Shown here piece by piece: positions 58,840 through 64,000 of a stretch of DNA of 64,000 nt (the first letter of the stretch is position 1; the number at the start of each line of letters is the position of its first letter). A program made the position numbers and the translations under genes. The stretch covers positions 13,950,001 through 14,014,000 of the forward strand of contig JBHGNT010000014.1 in the NCBI GenBank assembly GCA_043228905.1, in the 5' to 3' direction. The notes beneath the pieces are model-generated. The model worked only from the letters and a program-made list of their open reading frames with translations, made no database searches and was not told where the DNA came from. This DNA is from Azolla caroliniana (taxonomy: Eukaryota; Plantae; Polypodiophyta).

Positions 58840-61500
58840 CTATTCTTGTAGCTCTTCATCCGAATCGTTCAGAATATCCAAAATCGAAGGCTCATCTGGC
58901 CTTGGATGTATTCCACCTATATCTTCCTCTTCATCTTCATCTGTGTCACAGTCGTCCTTCGGAGCAGGTTGTGATTTGGTTGGCTGCTCTGGTTCGCTTC
59001 TTCCGGAAGCTTGAATACCAGGAGTCTTGCTGGTTCTTTCGGCTTCGATTTTATCCAACTGGACGGAAGTGCCTATATCATTTTTGTCGAATTCTTGCAT
59101 AATACGTTGAATTTCTTCTCTGTAAAATGCCGCAATTTCATCCATATCTTTCATGATATCCTCTTGGATATTGTCAATATCCTTTTGTGCCATTTTAAAA
59201 AAACCTGCACCTTGGACCTGACGGTTATTTTTGTCGGCACGCAATAACTGTAATTCCGCCGCTTGTGCTGTCCATAACTTCCATCCTTGCGCAAGGGATT
59301 CATCGATCATTTTCTTTGCTAGGTTTCGATGTTTCCCTATGATGTGCTGCACTTTGTCCCTAGTGATGCTTGCGACGTATTGGGCGGTCTGCAACTCTTT
59401 CTGTAAATCCGTAATAGTGGTTCGGTTCTCACTTTCAGCTCGCATTAGTTTGGATTCGACTACATATATATCCAGCCGTCTTTGTTCCGATATCTTCCGA
59501 ATTTCGTCCAGTTGTTGTTCGAATGCCGATTTCTCTTTACTCCATTCCTCCTGCTGTTTCGTCATTCTTCTGTTGACTTCTTCAAGACTCCGCTCTTTTT
59601 CTGTCAATTGACTTTCCTGTGACACTATATACCTTTCGAATTCTTCAATTTGTTCGGTATATGTATGATTGGCCGTCTTAGCTTCCTCTAGATTTTTTTG
59701 TAATTCGTTTATTACTTGATTTTTTTCTTCGAGAACTTTGTATTGACCATTCTGAATGGTTTCTATTTGTTTTTCTAATTCTGTAGTTCGAAATACAGCA
59801 TTGTTGGCCCTTGTTGTTTCTGCTTGACGTGCTTTCTCAACGTCCTCCAATTTCTGCTGCCATTCTGACTCCGACACCATAAGCCGTGCCTGTGTTTCCC
59901 ATTTGTTTAGACTTTCCTTTAGTTCTTTATTTTCTGCCTGTATGTTACAAAACTGATTTTTCAGCACCTCCGCCGATGCTGATACACTTTTGTATCTTTC
60001 AGCCATATCACTGGCTTCTTTGCGTACCGTTTCATATTCTTTATGAATTTCGACCAGTGCTCCATGTAATGGTGGCATTTCAATAGCCTCCCCTTTATTC
60101 TGTGCACTTCTTTTCCGGCCTATTTTTTCTATCTCTGCTTTTTCTTGAGGTTCCAACACTCCTCGTAAGGCTTTCTGTATCATTATTCGGTCATTATGTT
60201 CTTGAGCCAGCCGTTCTGATACTTCTGTCAGTCTTTTAGCCAACCATTCAACCAGTTCGTATGAAGTTCCGAACTGTAAAATGGCAGCTAATTCATGTGC
60301 TGCTGGTGGGATATCCAAGTACCCATGTGCTTCCCGAATTGCTATTTTTGAAGATTGTCCTTGGTGAGGTTGTGTCGAAACGCTCTCATTCCCTGGTTTT
60401 AGTACTTCTGTTACCACAGGCGTATTCGAATTTTCATTTGTGCGTTGCCTTTTCGGTGCTGATCCCTCACTGTTTTCTGGTTGGAATTGCCGATTAGCCT
60501 TTTGTTTAATCCTTGTTCTTTGTCGCATCTTCTCTGCTTGTTGTCGATTTTCTGTCGGCTGTTGCTTGTTTATCAAATTGTCAACTGTTTCTTGTTCTGC
60601 TGCTGGTTGCCTGTTTTCGGAATTCTCTGGTCTTGGTGGTTCCGACTGAGGCATATTTGTTTGTATATTATCGGCATGTGCCGATTCTTCTTCTATCCAT
60701 TCTTCATGTACTACCTGTCGGTGTCTTCGTGGTGCTTGTACTATCGGTGGTCTTCTTGACTGAACAGGAGTTTCCGATTCTTGAATCGGAAACAATACCG
60801 ATAACCAACGACCAAAAATTTGCTTCATCGGTTTTCCTGTTTTTACCCCTTGTAGCTTCTCTCTCAGAGCTTCCCCCGACAATAGTGGCCAGTTGAAATC
60901 CTCTTTTTCGTATGCGGCTATGATAAACCCAGCCCTTTTTTTCGGCATACAATAAAAACGAGGACTGACAAATCCCACCTCTAATAAAAATCTAGCCACT
61001 TCATGAAAAAACTCATCCCGACCTCCATAAGTCTGATATGCTTTTGCCGAGGGTGAGTATTCCCCGAAATACGATTGGAGTGCTTCTGATGAAGGTTTTT
61101 TAACTGCCTCAAAGCCTCCTCTTGGCATCTGTAATGCATTTCGTATTTTCTTTGTGGTGATTTTGGTGATGTCTATTTGTTGTACCAATTCTTCCGCCTG
61201 CGGATGAGGTTCCGCTTCTGCTACTTTGATGAAACCTTGTAAGTTTCTCTCATGAAGCCACAATCGCAGTTCTTCAGATACAGGAATCGGCATGACTTCT
61301 GTGTTTCCTTGTTCTGAATCACTTGTCGATGACAGTTGCAGATCTGCACAGTTTCTGTAGCGATGAAAATCAGAAAAACAGAGTTTGGGCGAACTAGGGC
61401 ACGAAGGAGGCTCAAACTGTTTCGATATCTGCACTCGTTTCTGTTGTTTTGGCGACACAGACGATACAGAAATATGCTTTAAAGATATTAACTTATGCAT
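58840..61500 (-). CDS. Element J 3' extra ORF in the env position: N-terminal globular domain plus long coiled coil, 886 aa; likely true start MPIP at 61293
   Basis: Uninterrupted ORF; collinear homologue in A; no obvious transmembrane segment. Confidence 0.85.
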   Translation of the reverse strand: MHKLISLKHISVSSVSPKQQKRVQISKQFEPPSCPSSPKLCFSDFHRYRNCADLQLSSTSDSEQGNTEVMPIPVSEELRLWLHERNLQGFIKVAEAEPHPQAEELVQQIDITKITTKKIRNALQMPRGGFEAVKKPSSEALQSYFGEYSPSAKAYQTYGGRDEFFHEVARFLLEVGFVSPRFYCMPKKRAGFIIAAYEKEDFNWPLLSGEALREKLQGVKTGKPMKQIFGRWLSVLFPIQESETPVQSRRPPIVQAPRRHRQVVHEEWIEEESAHADNIQTNMPQSEPPRPENSENRQPAAEQETVDNLINKQQPTENRQQAEKMRQRTRIKQKANRQFQPENSEGSAPKRQRTNENSNTPVVTEVLKPGNESVSTQPHQGQSSKIAIREAHGYLDIPPAAHELAAILQFGTSYELVEWLAKRLTEVSERLAQEHNDRIMIQKALRGVLEPQEKAEIEKIGRKRSAQNKGEAIEMPPLHGALVEIHKEYETVRKEASDMAERYKSVSASAEVLKNQFCNIQAENKELKESLNKWETQARLMVSESEWQQKLEDVEKARQAETTRANNAVFRTTELEKQIETIQNGQYKVLEEKNQVINELQKNLEEAKTANHTYTEQIEEFERYIVSQESQLTEKERSLEEVNRRMTKQQEEWSKEKSAFEQQLDEIRKISEQRRLDIYVVESKLMRAESENRTTITDLQKELQTAQYVASITRDKVQHIIGKHRNLAKKMIDESLAQGWKLWTAQAAELQLLRADKNNRQVQGAGFFKMAQKDIDNIQEDIMKDMDEIAAFYREEIQRIMQEFDKNDIGTSVQLDKIEAERTSKTPGIQASGRSEPEQPTKSQPAPKDDCDTDEDEEEDIGGIHPRPDEPSILDILNDSDEELQE

Positions 61501-61679
61501 GATGACTTAAAGAATAGTAATTGCTATTAATGTAGGAATTAATTAGTATTCACTCTACGTGTAGTGGTTGTACTCCTTACTAATAATCATGCAATTCCTC
61601 TTTCTATTTATAGTCGATTCATACTGTTATGGCAAGATTGTATTTCTGCATTTGACAAGAACTATTGAGTGAGTTAGTT

Positions 61680-61710
<31 letters not shown>

Positions 61711-63999
61711 CTACTCTTCCGTTTGAATAAACGGATTTACCGGCATATCTCCCAAATACGGTTTAAGCCGAAATCCATTTACCCATTTCGGTAAAATTTC
61801 TTCGGTTAATGATCCCAGTTGGTACGTACCATTTTTACTATTAATTATCCATACTGGACCTGTCCATCTATACCGGAGTTTCCCAGGCATAAGTCCCATT
61901 CTCGTCGGGAATACCAATACCGGTTTCCCAATTTCGAATTGCTCTTCCGATTTCCTTCGATGTCGATTTACGAATGCCTTGATTTGTCTCTGCTTGTGTT
62001 CTAGTGCTGACATTGATTGAATCCGTTCTTCTTCTAATACTAATAAAGCCTCTTTGCGTATCTGCTCCGATTCTATTTCATTTAACTTATTCGTTGCTTG
62101 GATACGAAGTGTCGGAATTTGAAATTCGATCGGCATAACGGCTTCGAGTCCGAATGCCATTCGGAAAGGTGTTGATTTAATGGATGTTTTGTACGAAGTA
62201 CGATATGCCCATAATGCACTATTTAACTTTTGATCCCAATCAGTACGATTTTCATTCACTATCTTCTTTAAAATTGTTTGAATTGTTTTATTTGTCGATT
62301 CTGCCAATCCATTAGCTTGGGGATAGTAAGGCGTACTTTTCTTATGAAGTACGGCATAGTAATTGGTTAATTCGTTAATTAACTTGTTAATAAAATGAGT
62401 GCCTTGATCGCTTACCAATTCTATTGGGCAACTGAATCGACACCATATATTCTCATACAGGAATTTTGCTGTGGATGTTGCTGTATTGTCCCTGAGAGCT
62501 TTTGCTTCAACCCATTTTGTGCAATAGTCAGTCGCAATTATGATATATCGATTACCGGTTCTTGCAGCTGCTGGTTTGAATGGGCCAACAAAATCTAAGC
62601 CCCATTTCTGAAATGGCTCAAGAGGTAAAACCGGTTGAAAAGGCATTCGATCCTTTTCGGTTGGTTGCCCCATTCTTTGACACAAATCGCATTTCTTACA
62701 GTATTTGTTAGCATCTTTCATCACCGTTGGCCACCATAACCCGCTATTCCATATTTTTCTGGCTGTTGCTTCTCCTGCGTAATGACCGCCAGCAATTCCA
62801 CAATGTGACTCTGTTAATATGGCTGATTTTTCAAATTTTCGTACTGCCCTTCGCCATATTCCATCCGCTCCTTTATGATACAACATGTCATTAAATAAAC
62901 AAAAATTCCGACTTCGTACTGCAATTCTTTTTCTTTCATCTGTCGACATGTGTTCGGCCGGAATTCTTGTTGATAGAAATATCGTCATTTCGGAAATCCA
63001 TTCATCCTCTTTTTCCTCATTCACTTCATGTGCTTTTACTGCCACAACCCGAAATAATTGAGTATCTGGAAAATCATCTTTAACCCCAACCGCTTCTTCT
63101 CCAGACTCAAGCCGACTGAGATAGTCAGCAATCGCGTGTTGTGCTCCTGGTCGATGTATAATGTCGAATTCAAACTCTTGAAGCAATAACGTCCATCGGG
63201 CTAACTTGCCTGTCAATTCTTGTTTGGAAACTAGATACAGTAAAGCCGAATGATCCACATGAAATGTAAATTTCTTACCCAAAAGGTAATGTCGAAATTT
63301 GTTCACACTATATATCATTCCCAAAGCTTCTCTTTCGGTTGTTGAATAGTTTCTTTCGGCCGATGAAAGTTTCCTACTGGCATAGTATACCGGCCTATAC
63401 CAGTTTGGTTCGGATAATTGCATTAAAGCACTGCCTATGGCAATGTCCGACGCATCGACGAAAACATGAAATGGTTTGTTCCAGTCCGGTGGTTGAACTA
63501 CCGGAACCTTCGTCAGCATCTTCTTGAGACATTCGTATGCATCTTGTTCTATACTTGTCCATATAAAAGGAACTTTGTGTACTGCTGTGTGTAACGGAAT
63601 AGCAATGTCTGCTAGATATCTCATCATTCTACTGTGCCACCGAATTTGACCCAAAAATCTACTTAGAGCTTTAGCATTTGTTGGTGGTGTTGCCTCAATA
63701 ATTGCTTTAACTTTGTCTGGGTTCACTGCAATCCCTTCTTGACTGACAATATGCCCAAGTAATGTACCACTCATTACTCCGAATGCGCATTTGGCTGGAT
63801 TTAAACGAAGACGCCCTTTTCGACATTTTTCTAAACATAGCCGTAAATGCTCAAAATGATCAGCTTTCCGACTATATACTGCAAAATCATCTAAAAACAC
63901 CTGCATGAAAGCTGGAATATATTCCCCGAATATTTCCTGTATTACCCGCTGAAATGTAGCTGGAGCTGTTTTTAAACCGAACATCATGACTACTGCCAC
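61711..63999 (-). CDS. Element J pol, partial (RT end, RNase H, integrase)
   Basis: VFLDDF, FVDASD, HHCC, WGLDFVGP, SDQG, QANGLAE, WTGP. Confidence 0.95.
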   Translation of the reverse strand: MAVVMMFGLKTAPATFQRVIQEIFGEYIPAFMQVFLDDFAVYSRKADHFEHLRLCLEKCRKGRLRLNPAKCAFGVMSGTLLGHIVSQEGIAVNPDKVKAIIEATPPTNAKALSRFLGQIRWHSRMMRYLADIAIPLHTAVHKVPFIWTSIEQDAYECLKKMLTKVPVVQPPDWNKPFHVFVDASDIAIGSALMQLSEPNWYRPVYYASRKLSSAERNYSTTEREALGMIYSVNKFRHYLLGKKFTFHVDHSALLYLVSKQELTGKLARWTLLLQEFEFDIIHRPGAQHAIADYLSRLESGEEAVGVKDDFPDTQLFRVVAVKAHEVNEEKEDEWISEMTIFLSTRIPAEHMSTDERKRIAVRSRNFCLFNDMLYHKGADGIWRRAVRKFEKSAILTESHCGIAGGHYAGEATARKIWNSGLWWPTVMKDANKYCKKCDLCQRMGQPTEKDRMPFQPVLPLEPFQKWGLDFVGPFKPAAARTGNRYIIIATDYCTKWVEAKALRDNTATSTAKFLYENIWCRFSCPIELVSDQGTHFINKLINELTNYYAVLHKKSTPYYPQANGLAESTNKTIQTILKKIVNENRTDWDQKLNSALWAYRTSYKTSIKSTPFRMAFGLEAVMPIEFQIPTLRIQATNKLNEIESEQIRKEALLVLEEERIQSMSALEHKQRQIKAFVNRHRRKSEEQFEIGKPVLVFPTRMGLMPGKLRYRWTGPVWIINSKNGTYQLGSLTEEILPKWVNGFRLKPYLGDMPVNPFIQTEE

Positions 64000-64000
64000 A

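Larger units (their letters stand above)
58339..64000 (-). mobile_element. Element J: Athila-like Ty3/Gypsy, 3' part, with intact ORFs; continues beyond the window
   Basis: LTR 58339-58795 (TGTTA..TAACA, minus-strand TATA near 58600); 3' extra ORF; intact RT-RH-INT. Confidence 0.9.

Noticed and set aside
58840-61500. Host myosin/SMC-like gene or retroviral envelope
   Set aside because: Sits between pol and the LTR in two elements; no motor or ATPase motifs, signal peptide or TM helix visible.

Overview
Plant nuclear DNA, most likely from a non-seed plant such as a fern (inferred from the retroelement clades present). The only host gene is an intronless group-IX AP2/ERF transcription factor (872-2254, minus), followed by about 6 kb of AT-rich upstream sequence with microsatellites and local duplications. 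From about 8.6 kb to the end is one nested retroelement cluster up to six levels deep. An L1 relic hosts an Athila-like Gypsy (A, minus), which hosts three Tcn1-like chromoviruses (B, C, D), an RTEX-like LINE, an RT-less Copia (E), tRNA-Trp-primed Gypsy elements (F, H, non-autonomous G and I, two solo LTRs), further solo LTRs and a second Athila-like element (J). Main observations: (1) all six insertions of the tRNA-Trp-primed group sit in 4-bp targets with a central CpG; (2) G and I are Gag-only satellites sharing cis signals, including a covarying pre-PPT hairpin, and ending in a 9-nt-periodic Trp/Gly tract; (3) the chromovirus LTRs carry an antisense tRNA-like A-box/B-box module and Tf1-type self-priming complementarity, and one copy preserves a fold-back rearrangement at the primer; (4) a LINE and a solo LTR with TCAC..GTGA ends share one (GA)n tract; (5) A and J share a large conserved 3' coiled-coil ORF and lack an obvious PPT; (6) there are two classic -1 frameshift cassettes and one in-frame ORF1/ORF2 UAG junction. 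All calls were made by eye; no database searches were run.
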